Source: Alphaproteobacteria bacterium (lineage in GTDB: Bacteria; Pseudomonadota; Alphaproteobacteria; UBA828). Taken from it: 64,000 nt of DNA. Location: contig JAJDUK010000043.1 in the NCBI GenBank assembly GCA_022826665.1, positions 4,047 through 68,046 on the forward strand, read 5' to 3'. The position numbers and the translations under genes are program-made. Positions 1-8,398 of the stretch are shown here, piece by piece; position 1 is the stretch's first letter; every line of letters begins with the position of its first letter. The notes below the pieces were generated by a model that worked only from the letters and a program-made list of their open reading frames with translations, searched no databases and was not told the origin of the DNA.

Positions 1-142
1 CCGCATCGTCGTCGGCCTGCTTCAGCCGGAGCTGGAGGCAGGCGACATCGCCTGCCTCGAGCGCGGCCTCAAGCGCGGGTGCGAAGGTCTCCAGTTCAAA
101 CTCGGGCGGGGTGATCAGGTAGAGCCGGCACGGGTCCTTCAT
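1..142 (-). CDS. thiE: thiamine-phosphate synthase, N-terminal fragment (runs off window)
   Basis: ATG at complement(140..142) abuts the stop of the upstream CoA-transferase gene. Translation [47 protein letters not shown] matches the conserved ThiE N-terminus (RLYLITPP ... QLRLK). Truncated by the window edge. Confidence 0.45.
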   Translation of the reverse strand, partial: MKDPCRLYLITPPEFELETFAPALEAALEAGDVACLQLRLKQADDDA

Positions 143-1345
143 TCAGATCACGCCCTTCTCCCGCAGGGCGTCGCGTTCGTCCGTCGAGAGGCCGAGCAGA
201 CCGCCGTAGACCTCGTCGTTGTGGGCGCCGAGCCTGGGGCCGAGGCTCTCAATCCGCCCTGGCGTCTCGGACATGGCGGGCAGCACGTTCGGCACGTGGA
301 CGTGCTCGCCGCTCTCGGGCTCGATCACTTCCTTCAAGGTCCCGCGTGCCTGGTAGTGCGGGTCCTCGAAGATGTCGGCGATGGAATAGACCGGCGACGT
401 CGGCACCCCGCCCGCGTTGCAGGTCTCCACCACCCGGTCGCGCGGCAGCGAGAGCGTGAAGGTCGTGACCATGGCCTCCACGTCATCGCGGTTCTCCACC
501 CGCTTGGCGCTGGTGGCGTAGCGCTCGTCCTCTCCCAGCTCGTCGCGGCCCAGCACCGCGGCCATGCGCCGCCACATCTTGTCGCTGGTGCATGCGATCG
601 CGACCCAGCCGCCGTCGCCGCACTCGAAGTGGCCGTGGGGGCAGACGTTGCTGGTCATCAATCCGAGCCTGGGGCGGACGAACCCGGTGGCGGCGTAGAG
701 CGGCGCCATCTCGTCGAGCACGCGGAAGATCGATTCGTAGAGGGCGATGTCGATCACCTGCCCGCCAACATCTTCGCGGGTGCGCAGAGCCATGAGGGCG
801 CCGACGGCGCCGTAGAGACCCGAGATGTAATCCGCGAGCGAGGTGGAGCCCGGCGTGAGCGGCGGCCCGCCGGGTACGCCGGTGAGGTGGGTGAGCCCGC
901 CGAAGGCGTGGGCGATGCGGGCGAAGCCGGGGCGGTCCTTGTAGGGGCCCTTCTGGCCATAGCCCGAGATGCGCACCATGACGAGACCGGGGTTGACGGC
1001 CTTGAGCTGATCCGGCCCGAGCCCCCACTTCTCCATGGTGCCCGGCCGGAAGTTCTCGCACAGGATGTCGGCCTCTGCGACCAGCCGCTTGAAGAGCGCC
1101 GCGCCATCAGGCTGGCGCAGGTCGAGAGTGACCGACTTCTTGTTGCGCTGCTCCGAGAGCCAAGCGTAGCCGTCGCCCCGCTGGCTGGGCGAGCCGAACT
1201 TGCGCAGCGGGTCGCCGAGCCCCGGCTGCTCGACTTTGATGACTTCGGCGCCGAACTCGCTGAGCAACGCGGCAGTGAACGGCCCTGCGATGAAGGTCGC
1301 GAGGTCGATGATACGGACGCCGTCAAGCGGCAGCTTTTCGGACAT
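143..1345 (-). CDS. CoA transferase family III (CaiB/BaiF-like) protein
   Basis: 400-aa ORF. N-terminal GVRIIDLATFIAGP motif and overall family-III CoA-transferase architecture. Confidence 0.85.
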   Translation of the reverse strand: MSEKLPLDGVRIIDLATFIAGPFTAALLSEFGAEVIKVEQPGLGDPLRKFGSPSQRGDGYAWLSEQRNKKSVTLDLRQPDGAALFKRLVAEADILCENFRPGTMEKWGLGPDQLKAVNPGLVMVRISGYGQKGPYKDRPGFARIAHAFGGLTHLTGVPGGPPLTPGSTSLADYISGLYGAVGALMALRTREDVGGQVIDIALYESIFRVLDEMAPLYAATGFVRPRLGLMTSNVCPHGHFECGDGGWVAIACTSDKMWRRMAAVLGRDELGEDERYATSAKRVENRDDVEAMVTTFTLSLPRDRVVETCNAGGVPTSPVYSIADIFEDPHYQARGTLKEVIEPESGEHVHVPNVLPAMSETPGRIESLGPRLGAHNDEVYGGLLGLSTDERDALREKGVI

Positions 1346-1394
1346 GACGGCAGAAAGCGGCGTTTAGGCCCGCATGTCAATCGCCGGCGGGGCC

Positions 1395-2120
1395 TCAGTA
1401 CTGCTCCTTGTGGGTGCGCAGATCGAGCTCCTGCGTCCACGCGTTGCGCGGCTGGCGGTAGAGGAAGCGATAGGACTCCGCGAGCCCGTCGAGACCGATG
1501 AGCCCGCCTTCGCCCATGCGTACGGCGAAGTCCGGCGCGCGGGTCTTGAGCCGATAACCGTCGATGCCGCCGTCGACCACAACGTGGGCCACGTGGATGC
1601 CCTGCGGGCCGAACTCGCGAGCGAGGCTCTGGCCGAGCGCGCGCAACCCGGCCTTGGCAGACGTGAAGGCGGCGAAGTTGGGCTTGCCGCGCATCGATGC
1701 GCTCGCGCCGGTGAGCAGCAGCGTGCCCGCGCCGCGCGGCACCATGCGGCGCAGCACCTCGCGGCTGAACAGGAAGCCGCCCATGCAGCCGATGCGCCAG
1801 CAGGTCTCGAAGTATTCGGCCTCCATTTCCAGCGGGTTGCCCGGCATGTTGTTGCCGGCGTTGAAGACGGCGAGGTCGATCGGCCCCTGGCCCTCCGCCG
1901 CCTCGACGAAGGCAGTGACCGAGGCTTCGTCGGTGGTGTCGGCGACGACAGCGGCGGCCTGCCCTCCGGACGCGCGGATCGCGTCCGCGACTGCCTCCAC
2001 CTTGGCCTCGGTGCGCCCGCCGACGAAGACGTGGAGCCCTTCGCTCGCCGCCATGCGGCAGACCGCCGCGCCCAGCCCTTCGCCCGCACCCACACCGATC
2101 ACGATCGCCGTCTTGCCCAT
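1395..2120 (-). CDS. SDR family oxidoreductase
   Basis: 241 aa. N-terminal TAIVIGVGAGEGLG Rossmann motif and a NAG...YxxxK-type SDR core (NAGNN, SAKAG). Confidence 0.85.
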   Translation of the reverse strand: MGKTAIVIGVGAGEGLGAAVCRMAASEGLHVFVGGRTEAKVEAVADAIRASGGQAAAVVADTTDEASVTAFVEAAEGQGPIDLAVFNAGNNMPGNPLEMEAEYFETCWRIGCMGGFLFSREVLRRMVPRGAGTLLLTGASASMRGKPNFAAFTSAKAGLRALGQSLAREFGPQGIHVAHVVVDGGIDGYRLKTRAPDFAVRMGEGGLIGLDGLAESYRFLYRQPRNAWTQELDLRTHKEQY

Positions 2121-2234
2121 GCCGCTCTCCCTTTCGTTTCAAGCCCGGCCCCCGCCGCGCGCCGGGAGAGTACAGCGTTACGCGGGCGCGGAACATGTTT
2201 CCAAAGAACGGTATCGATCCTGCGGGCCGGAGAG

Positions 2235-2468
2235 TCAGGCGCGGCTATTCTCCGTGGAGGCACGAATATCCGCGGCGGCGACGCGCGGCCGTTTCGCTCG
2301 TTCATGCCGCATGAGCGCAATGGTCTCTTCGATCGACCTCGCCACGGGAGCAATGCGGGCGATTGGTATGCCATCGCGCGCGACGATCACGTCCTCGCCG
2401 GCCTCTACACGAGCAATCATCCGTGAGAACTGCGCGTTCGCGTCGCTGATATCAACTGTACGAGGCAT
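2235..2468 (-). CDS. Phd/YefM-family type II antitoxin (apparently solitary)
   Basis: 77 aa. MPRTVDISDANAQFSRMIARVEAGEDVIVARDGIPIARIAP is typical of prevent-host-death antitoxins. No toxin ORF fits in the flanking 114-bp and 205-bp gaps. Confidence 0.6.
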   Translation of the reverse strand: MPRTVDISDANAQFSRMIARVEAGEDVIVARDGIPIARIAPVARSIEETIALMRHERAKRPRVAAADIRASTENSRA

Positions 2469-2673
2469 GGTGCTCCTAGGGCCTCAGCAGTGGCAGAGAC
2501 CGAGGCATAACGACCGCTGCGCGCTTGCTCAAGGTTTGATCCTGCAAAGCGTTACACCAGCTTCCGCACAGCCTTGTCCCGGCCGCGCGGCGCGGCCATG
2601 ATGCGCCGCGCCGGGGCCTCCGGCCGGCGGGGGACCCGCCTCCAGCATCCTTGCGGAGCACGGAAAGGAAGCC

Positions 2674-3831
2674 ATGCGCGCCGATCTCGATGCCCTGTTG
2701 CCCGCCCTTCGCGAACGGCGAGACGAGACCCGCGAGAACCGCACGGTCCTGCCCGAAATCAGGGAGATGGTCCGGGACTCCGGCGTCGCCCGCATTCTTC
2801 AGCCTCCGGCCTATGGCGGAGCCGGCGGCCCGCTGCGCGATATCGTCGAGGCCGTCTCCCAGATCGGTGCGGCCTGCGGCTCGACCGGTTGGGCGGTCGT
2901 GCAGTACGTCGTTCATCCCTTCATGGTGGCCCAGTGGCCGCGGGAGGGGCAGGACGAGGTCTGGGGCGACGATCCCAAGGCCCTGGTCGCCGGCATCCTG
3001 ATCCAGAGCCTGGGCCGCTACGTGCGGGCCGACGGCGGCTACCGGGTGAGCGGCCGCTGGCCCTTCGTCACCGGTGTGGACACCTGCGACTGGTGCATCG
3101 TCTCGGCCTACGAGGAAGGTCGGGTGGGCGAGCACGACAGCCACCTGCACTTCCTCATCAAGCGCGAGGAAATCGAAATCCTCGACACCTGGCATGCGCT
3201 GGGCCTGCGCGGCAGCGGCACCAACGACGTGCAGCTCAAGGAGTTCTTCGTGCCGGAGCACCGGGCGCTCTCGATGGAGGCGTTGCGTGGCGGCGAGTCC
3301 CCCGGCGGCCATTGGCGCGAAACGCCGCTCTACCTACTTCCCAGCTATCCGATCTTCGGCTGCGGCATCACCAGCGGCGCGGTCGGCATCGCGCAGGAGA
3401 TGGTAGCGGAGTACAACGAGATCGCGCGCAAGAAGGGCTCGATCATGGCGGAGAAGCAGGTCTCCGCCTTCGCCTCGCAGCACATCCGCTTCGCCGAATC
3501 CAAGTGTGCCGTCGACGGCGCCAAGCAGCTGCTGAGGGTTGCGGCCGACGAGATCAGCGCCATCGCCATCGAGGAAGGCCGCGTGCCCAACTTGGAGGAG
3601 CGCGCCCGCTGTCGCGCCTTCGCGACCTACGCCGGCAACGTCGCCATGGACGCCGCGCGCGCCATCTGGGACCTTTCCGGCGCCGCCAGCGTCTACACCC
3701 GAAGCTCCCTCGGCAACCTCTATACCGACATGTTGGTCGCCAACCAGCACTTCACCCAGAGCAAGGACGTGAACTTCACGACCTACGGGCGGATGCTCTA
3801 CGGGCTCGAGATCGACAACCCGACGCTGTGA
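2674..3831 (+). CDS. acyl-CoA dehydrogenase-fold protein (ACAD-like flavin-dependent oxidoreductase/monooxygenase)
   Basis: 385 aa with ACAD N/M/C-domain-like layout (GGxG region, WxxGxG-like core, C-terminal helical domain). Stop overlaps the next ATG (ATGA). Confidence 0.8.
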   Translation: MRADLDALLPALRERRDETRENRTVLPEIREMVRDSGVARILQPPAYGGAGGPLRDIVEAVSQIGAACGSTGWAVVQYVVHPFMVAQWPREGQDEVWGDDPKALVAGILIQSLGRYVRADGGYRVSGRWPFVTGVDTCDWCIVSAYEEGRVGEHDSHLHFLIKREEIEILDTWHALGLRGSGTNDVQLKEFFVPEHRALSMEALRGGESPGGHWRETPLYLLPSYPIFGCGITSGAVGIAQEMVAEYNEIARKKGSIMAEKQVSAFASQHIRFAESKCAVDGAKQLLRVAADEISAIAIEEGRVPNLEERARCRAFATYAGNVAMDAARAIWDLSGAASVYTRSSLGNLYTDMLVANQHFTQSKDVNFTTYGRMLYGLEIDNPTL

Positions 3832-4298
3832 TGGCGACCCGCGCGGCAGCGCGCTATTTCGACGAATTGGAGGAAGGCGAGCGCTTCGTCACGGGCACAT
3901 GGACCCTCGACGAGGCGGAGATCGTCGCCTTCGCGCGCGCGTTCGACCCGCAGCCGATCCACGTCGATGCCGAGGGCGCGGCCGAGGGCCCCTACGGCGG
4001 CCTGATCGCCAGCGGCTTCCAGACCATGGCGCTGGGATTCCGCCTCTTCTACGAGCTCGGCGTGATCAACGACGCCTGCATCGGCGGGCCGGGGATCGAT
4101 AACGTCCGCTTCCACCGGCCGGCGAGGCCGGGCGATCGCATCCACGCCATCGCGACCGTCGCCGAGGCCCGGCCTTCGCGTTCGAAGCCCGACCGCGGCT
4201 ACGTGCGCATGGCCTACGAGGTGCGCAACCAGCGGGACGAGCCGGTGCTGAGCTACGAGATCGTCCACATCCTCATGCGCCGTCCGTCCTCGTCTTGA
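3831..4298 (+). CDS. MaoC-like (R)-specific enoyl-CoA hydratase / hotdog-fold dehydratase
   Basis: 155 aa. FDPQPIHVD...GGLIASGFQTMAL hotdog/MaoC signature. Translationally coupled to the upstream ACAD-like gene. Confidence 0.8.
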   Translation: MATRAAARYFDELEEGERFVTGTWTLDEAEIVAFARAFDPQPIHVDAEGAAEGPYGGLIASGFQTMALGFRLFYELGVINDACIGGPGIDNVRFHRPARPGDRIHAIATVAEARPSRSKPDRGYVRMAYEVRNQRDEPVLSYEIVHILMRRPSSS

Positions 4299-4355
4299 CT
4301 TAGCGGCGCCCGTATGCGGCCATCGAGTGCGCGAAAGATACGAGCGGAGCAGGCC

Positions 4356-5264
4356 ATGAGCAGCCTCTACGACGGCCCGATCATCGACGCCCACCACCAT
4401 CTCTGGGAGCTCGACTCCGGCCGGTATGCATGGCTCACCGACGGCCCGCGCGAGGTGGTGTTCGGCAGCACCGCGCCGCTCATCCGCGATTACTTTCTCG
4501 CCGACTATCTCGCCGACATGGCCGGCATCGGGCTGGTCAAGTCCGTCCACATCCAGGCGAGCTTTTTCGAAGACCCGGTGGCCGAGACGCGCTGGCTGCA
4601 AGGCATCGCCGACGAGAACGGCTTTCCCCATGGTATCGTCGCCTACGCCCTGCTGGAGGAGCCGGATGCCGAGGCGGTGCTGGAGGCCCACTGTGCGCAT
4701 CCCAACATGCGCGGCATCCGCCAGATCCTGAGCTGGCACGAGAACTCGGCCTGGACCTTCCACGAGCGTTCGGACCTGATGCAGGACGCGGCGTGGCGAC
4801 GGGGCTTCGGCCTGCTTCAGAAATTCAATCTCTCCTTCGACATGATGATCTATTCCGGCCAGCTCGGCGACGCGCTCGACCTCGCCCGGGCCTTCCCGGA
4901 CACGCAGATCATCCTCAACCACACCGGCAGCCCCGCCGACCGGGGCGACGAGGCCATCGCGGCGTGGCGTGCAGGCATGAGCGCGCTGGCCGGCGCCGCT
5001 AATGTCGCAGTCAAGATCTCCGACCTCGGCGCCTACGACCACAACTGGACGACCGAGAGCACGCGCCCCTTCATCCGTCACACCATCGACGCCTTCGGCA
5101 CCGAGCGCTGCATGTTCGCGAGCGATTTCCCGGTGGCCGCGCTGCACGGCGGTGCCGATGCGATCTACGACTCGTTCAAGACCATTGTCGCCGACCTCAC
5201 GCTCGGCGAGCAGCGCGCGCTCTTCCACGACAACGCGGTGCGCTTCTATCGGCTGGGAGACTGA
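4356..5264 (+). CDS. amidohydrolase-2 family metal-dependent hydrolase
   Basis: Starts MSSLYDGPIIDAHHHLWEL (HxH metal motif), with conserved downstream His/Asp residues typical of TIM-barrel amidohydrolase_2 (LigI/ACMSD-like). Confidence 0.75.
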   Translation: MSSLYDGPIIDAHHHLWELDSGRYAWLTDGPREVVFGSTAPLIRDYFLADYLADMAGIGLVKSVHIQASFFEDPVAETRWLQGIADENGFPHGIVAYALLEEPDAEAVLEAHCAHPNMRGIRQILSWHENSAWTFHERSDLMQDAAWRRGFGLLQKFNLSFDMMIYSGQLGDALDLARAFPDTQIILNHTGSPADRGDEAIAAWRAGMSALAGAANVAVKISDLGAYDHNWTTESTRPFIRHTIDAFGTERCMFASDFPVAALHGGADAIYDSFKTIVADLTLGEQRALFHDNAVRFYRLGD

Positions 5265-6199
5265 GCCCCACTCCCGAGCACTCTCTCCACGAAGGCATCG
5301 AACAGCGCGAAGACCTGCGCCCGGACTTCGTCAGTCTCCATCAGGGGCTCGTGGCGTGAGTCGGGAATGGTCTCCAGGCGGCAGTCGGGCAGCCGCGCGG
5401 CGAGGCGCTTCTGGGCCGCGTTCGAGACCACCCTGTCGGCCTCGGCGCTAATCATCAGCACCGGCGTCGCGACCCGTTCGGGATAGCCCCGGCTGCGCAG
5501 GGTCGCCACCGAGCGCCGGGTGGCCGCAAGCCAGCCCACCGTCGGCCAGCCGATGGCGAGCGCCGGGTTCTCGCGCATCAGCGTCTCCATGCGCTCGTAC
5601 CGTGCGCGGTCGCGGGTCAGCGGATTGCCGTCGAAGGGCGGCGGGAAGGTCCCGCGCACCGGCACGTACTGGTTCCTGAGGCCGACGCTCATGGCGGCAA
5701 TCATGAGCACTGCGCCCAGAGCCCGCTCGGCGGGGGTCATCAGGATGTCCACCATGGGGGCGGAGAGGGCGATCCCTTCGGCAAAATAGGGTCCGGCGCG
5801 GGCCTCGTGCTCGGCCCGATGACGGAGCACGATGTGGCCGCCCATGGAATGGGCCAGCACCACGATGGGGCGCGGGGCTTCGGGGACCACCAGCCGCTCC
5901 AGGAACAGGTCGAAGTCCTTGAGATAGTCGTCGTATTTTACGACGTGACCCTTGCGCGGGTCCCTCAGCACCCGGCCGGAGCGGCCCTGGCCCCGCCAGT
6001 CCAGCGCGTAGACGGCGAAGCCTCGGGCCAAGATGTCATCCACGGTCTCGCCGTACTTCTCGATGAACTCGGCCCTGCCCTGCAGCAGCACCACCGTTCC
6101 CCGCCCGCCACCGGGTGGCGCGGGCCAGACCACTGTGCGGAGCGGGAAGCCGTCGTGGGCGGTGAGGGTCCCTAGCTGCGGCGTCGGCCCAGTGTGCAC
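5246..6199 (-). CDS. alpha/beta hydrolase (lysophospholipase-like)
   Basis: 317 aa with HSMGG nucleophile elbow (GxSxG) and the family's conserved Asp/His positions. Confidence 0.8.
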   Translation of the reverse strand: MHTGPTPQLGTLTAHDGFPLRTVVWPAPPGGGRGTVVLLQGRAEFIEKYGETVDDILARGFAVYALDWRGQGRSGRVLRDPRKGHVVKYDDYLKDFDLFLERLVVPEAPRPIVVLAHSMGGHIVLRHRAEHEARAGPYFAEGIALSAPMVDILMTPAERALGAVLMIAAMSVGLRNQYVPVRGTFPPPFDGNPLTRDRARYERMETLMRENPALAIGWPTVGWLAATRRSVATLRSRGYPERVATPVLMISAEADRVVSNAAQKRLAARLPDCRLETIPDSRHEPLMETDEVRAQVFALFDAFVERVLGSGAQSPSR

Positions 6200-6202
6200 G
6201 CC

Positions 6203-7612
6203 TCAGGCTTTCGCTGCCGGCGCATCGACCCCCTTCACCGGTACGAGGCCGGCCGGCGCGAGGCCGGCGAGCTTGGCCGTCAGCGGGCCCGGCGTGCGGC
6301 CTTCGTCCTCGAACCGCTCCTTGCGCCGGTTCGCCGCGATCACCATGCGGCCGCCGACGTAGCGCACCGGCTCGGGGGGGAAGAGCCCCACGCCCTCGCG
6401 CACCAGACTGCACTCCGACCATTCGTCCTTCGTCCCAAGGGCGAGGGAAGCGAGAATGCGCCCGCCCACGGAGGTGGGCCCCACGCCGTTGCCGGAGAAG
6501 CCGAGGCCGTAGAGCAGGTCGTCGCGGCCGTCGAGGCGGCCGAAGAAAGGCAGCCCACTGAGGGAGCGGTCGACCGGCCCGGTCCAGCTCGTCGCGATCG
6601 GCGCGTCCTTGAAGTTGGGGTAAATCCGGCGGAAGTTTTCCTCCACCTCGCGTGAGCGCGGCGAGGCGCCGTTGAAGCGGTCATCGACCCGGTTGCCGAA
6701 AGAGAGCCGCCCGCCGCCCATGCCGAAGACGAAGCGTCCGTCCATGGTCGGCCGGTAATAGTTCACCAGGGTCCGGGAATCGGAGATGCACATCCCGCCG
6801 CTGTAGCCCGAGTCGGCGAGGCGTTCGGGCATCGGCTGGGTTGCCACGATGTCGCTGGCAATCACGACGACGGTCCGTCGCAATTCAGGGAACATGGTGG
6901 ACCAGGCGTTCATGGCGATGACGACCTTTTCCGCCGTCACGATGCCCCTGGGCGTGACCACGCGCGGCGGGCGGCCGCGGTGGAGGCTCATCATCGGCGT
7001 CTGCTCGTAGATGCGCACGCCCAGCGAGAGCGCCGTGCGCCGAAGCCCATGCGCCAGCATGGCCGGCTGCACGGTGGCACCGGTCGGCTCGTAGACGCCG
7101 GCGATGTGCTTGTCGGTGCCCGAGCGGCGCTTGACCGTCTCCGGCTCCCAGAGCTCGAAGGGATGCTCCTGGTAGCGTTCCAGGGTGTTGACCAGGGCGT
7201 CCCAGGAGCCGACCTGCGGCGCGCTGGTCGCAGCCCAGAGCCAGCCGTCGCCGCGATAGTGCGCGTCGATTCCGTTGTCGGCGCAGAACTGGCCGATCTC
7301 GCCGACGGCATCGGCCGAGGCGCGAGCGAGCCGCACCGCCTCGTCCGAGGGACAGATCTTGCAGAGGGAGCCGAACTTGGCCCACCAGCTCAGCACGAAG
7401 CCGCCGTTGCGTCCGCTCGCGCCGCTGCCGCACAGACCCTGCTCGACGATTGCGATGTCGATGGAGGGGTCGCGCTGCTTCAGGCGGATCGCCGTCCATA
7501 GCCCGCAAAAGCCGCCGCCGATAATGCAAACGTCCGCGCGCGCATCGCCTTCGAGGGCCGGTGCCGCGTCGTCCGTGGAAAGGCCGGCTTCGGTCAGCCA
7601 GTGGCTAAGCAT
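6203..7612 (-). CDS. FAD-dependent oxidoreductase (DAO family)
   Basis: 469 aa. N-terminal DVCIIGGGFCGLWTA dinucleotide-binding motif and DAO-type length. Confidence 0.85.
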   Translation of the reverse strand: MLSHWLTEAGLSTDDAAPALEGDARADVCIIGGGFCGLWTAIRLKQRDPSIDIAIVEQGLCGSGASGRNGGFVLSWWAKFGSLCKICPSDEAVRLARASADAVGEIGQFCADNGIDAHYRGDGWLWAATSAPQVGSWDALVNTLERYQEHPFELWEPETVKRRSGTDKHIAGVYEPTGATVQPAMLAHGLRRTALSLGVRIYEQTPMMSLHRGRPPRVVTPRGIVTAEKVVIAMNAWSTMFPELRRTVVVIASDIVATQPMPERLADSGYSGGMCISDSRTLVNYYRPTMDGRFVFGMGGGRLSFGNRVDDRFNGASPRSREVEENFRRIYPNFKDAPIATSWTGPVDRSLSGLPFFGRLDGRDDLLYGLGFSGNGVGPTSVGGRILASLALGTKDEWSECSLVREGVGLFPPEPVRYVGGRMVIAANRRKERFEDEGRTPGPLTAKLAGLAPAGLVPVKGVDAPAAKA

Positions 7613-7665
7613 TCGTTCACTCCGTTGCTCGTCCGACGAAGACGGATTTGCTGTCCGTCACGATC

Positions 7666-8055
7666 CTATTCCTCAGGCAGTTGATCCCGGACCGCTTCCA
7701 AGAGCGCTTCAACGAGCGTGAGCGCGCGGGTCCGGTCGATGGGTTCGGCATTCGCGCCGACGCCCGCGTAACGGAACTCGACCGCATAGGGCGTGTAAGC
7801 GGCCAGATCGTTGAAGGGCTCGGTCGCGGCGCCCCGCTCGGCGAGGAGCGCCAGCAGCGTCTCGATGCTGTGGGTAAGCGGATAGCTGTCGCCCAGGAGC
7901 GCGATCCAGGCCTTGAGCAGCTTTTCGGCTCCTTGTTGTACGTGGAAACCGAATATCTCCGCGGGGATTGCGTCCGAACGGCGCATGACACGAAGCGCCT
8001 CGATGTCGCGTTCGGCAGCGCTCGCGAGCATCCGCGCGCACTTAGGGTCGCTCAT
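7666..8055 (-). CDS. HEPN-domain protein (toxin component of an MNT-HEPN module)
   Basis: 129 aa, helical, HEPN-like. Start overlaps the stop of the upstream MNT gene by 14 bp, the canonical MNT-then-HEPN order. Confidence 0.7.
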   Translation of the reverse strand: MSDPKCARMLASAAERDIEALRVMRRSDAIPAEIFGFHVQQGAEKLLKAWIALLGDSYPLTHSIETLLALLAERGAATEPFNDLAAYTPYAVEFRYAGVGANAEPIDRTRALTLVEALLEAVRDQLPEE

Positions 8056-8398
8056 AAAGCACCTTGCCTTCCCTGAGCGCCCGCGCGAGCACGTGGTTGA
8101 GAGAGTCGCGCCAGTAATCCACGTCTTCGTGGGAGTAAACGAGAACGTCGGCGGCGACGGGATACCCCGCGATTGCGTGATAAAGCCTGACCAATTCCTT
8201 GTGGCGGCTGCGCGCCGCGCCGAAAGGCTCGGCCTCCACGACGATCAGGTCGATGTCCGATCTCTCGCCCTCCTCCCCGCGTGCGCGCGAGCCGAAGAGA
8301 ATCACCTGCTCGGGATCGACCTCCGTAACGATGGCCTGAACCATCTCGTCGATCAGCGTGTCGGTGATCGGAATCATGGTCTCAGGCGTCCTCCGCAC
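8042..8398 (-). CDS. minimal nucleotidyltransferase (MNT) antitoxin
   Basis: Contains LFGSRARGEEGERSDIDL (GSx9-13DxD nucleotidyltransferase motif). Real start is probably the internal MIPITD at about 8377, which would remove the overlap with the upstream TPR gene. Confidence 0.8.
   Translation of the reverse strand: MRRTPETMIPITDTLIDEMVQAIVTEVDPEQVILFGSRARGEEGERSDIDLIVVEAEPFGAARSRHKELVRLYHAIAGYPVAADVLVYSHEDVDYWRDSLNHVLARALREGKVLYERP

Noticed and set aside
754-2196. 480-aa minus-strand ORF rich in Arg/Gly/Pro, overlapping the CoA-transferase and SDR genes
   Set aside because: Low-complexity RGRP composition, antisense or overlapping to well-supported genes. A typical high-GC alternate-frame open stretch, not a gene.
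2574-4298. 574-aa plus-strand ORF spanning the ACAD-like and MaoC genes as one reading frame
   Set aside because: The N-terminal 420 aa are Arg/Gly/Pro low-complexity read-through in a different frame from the ACAD-like gene. Only the last approximately 155 aa (MaoC, from ATG 3831) are real.
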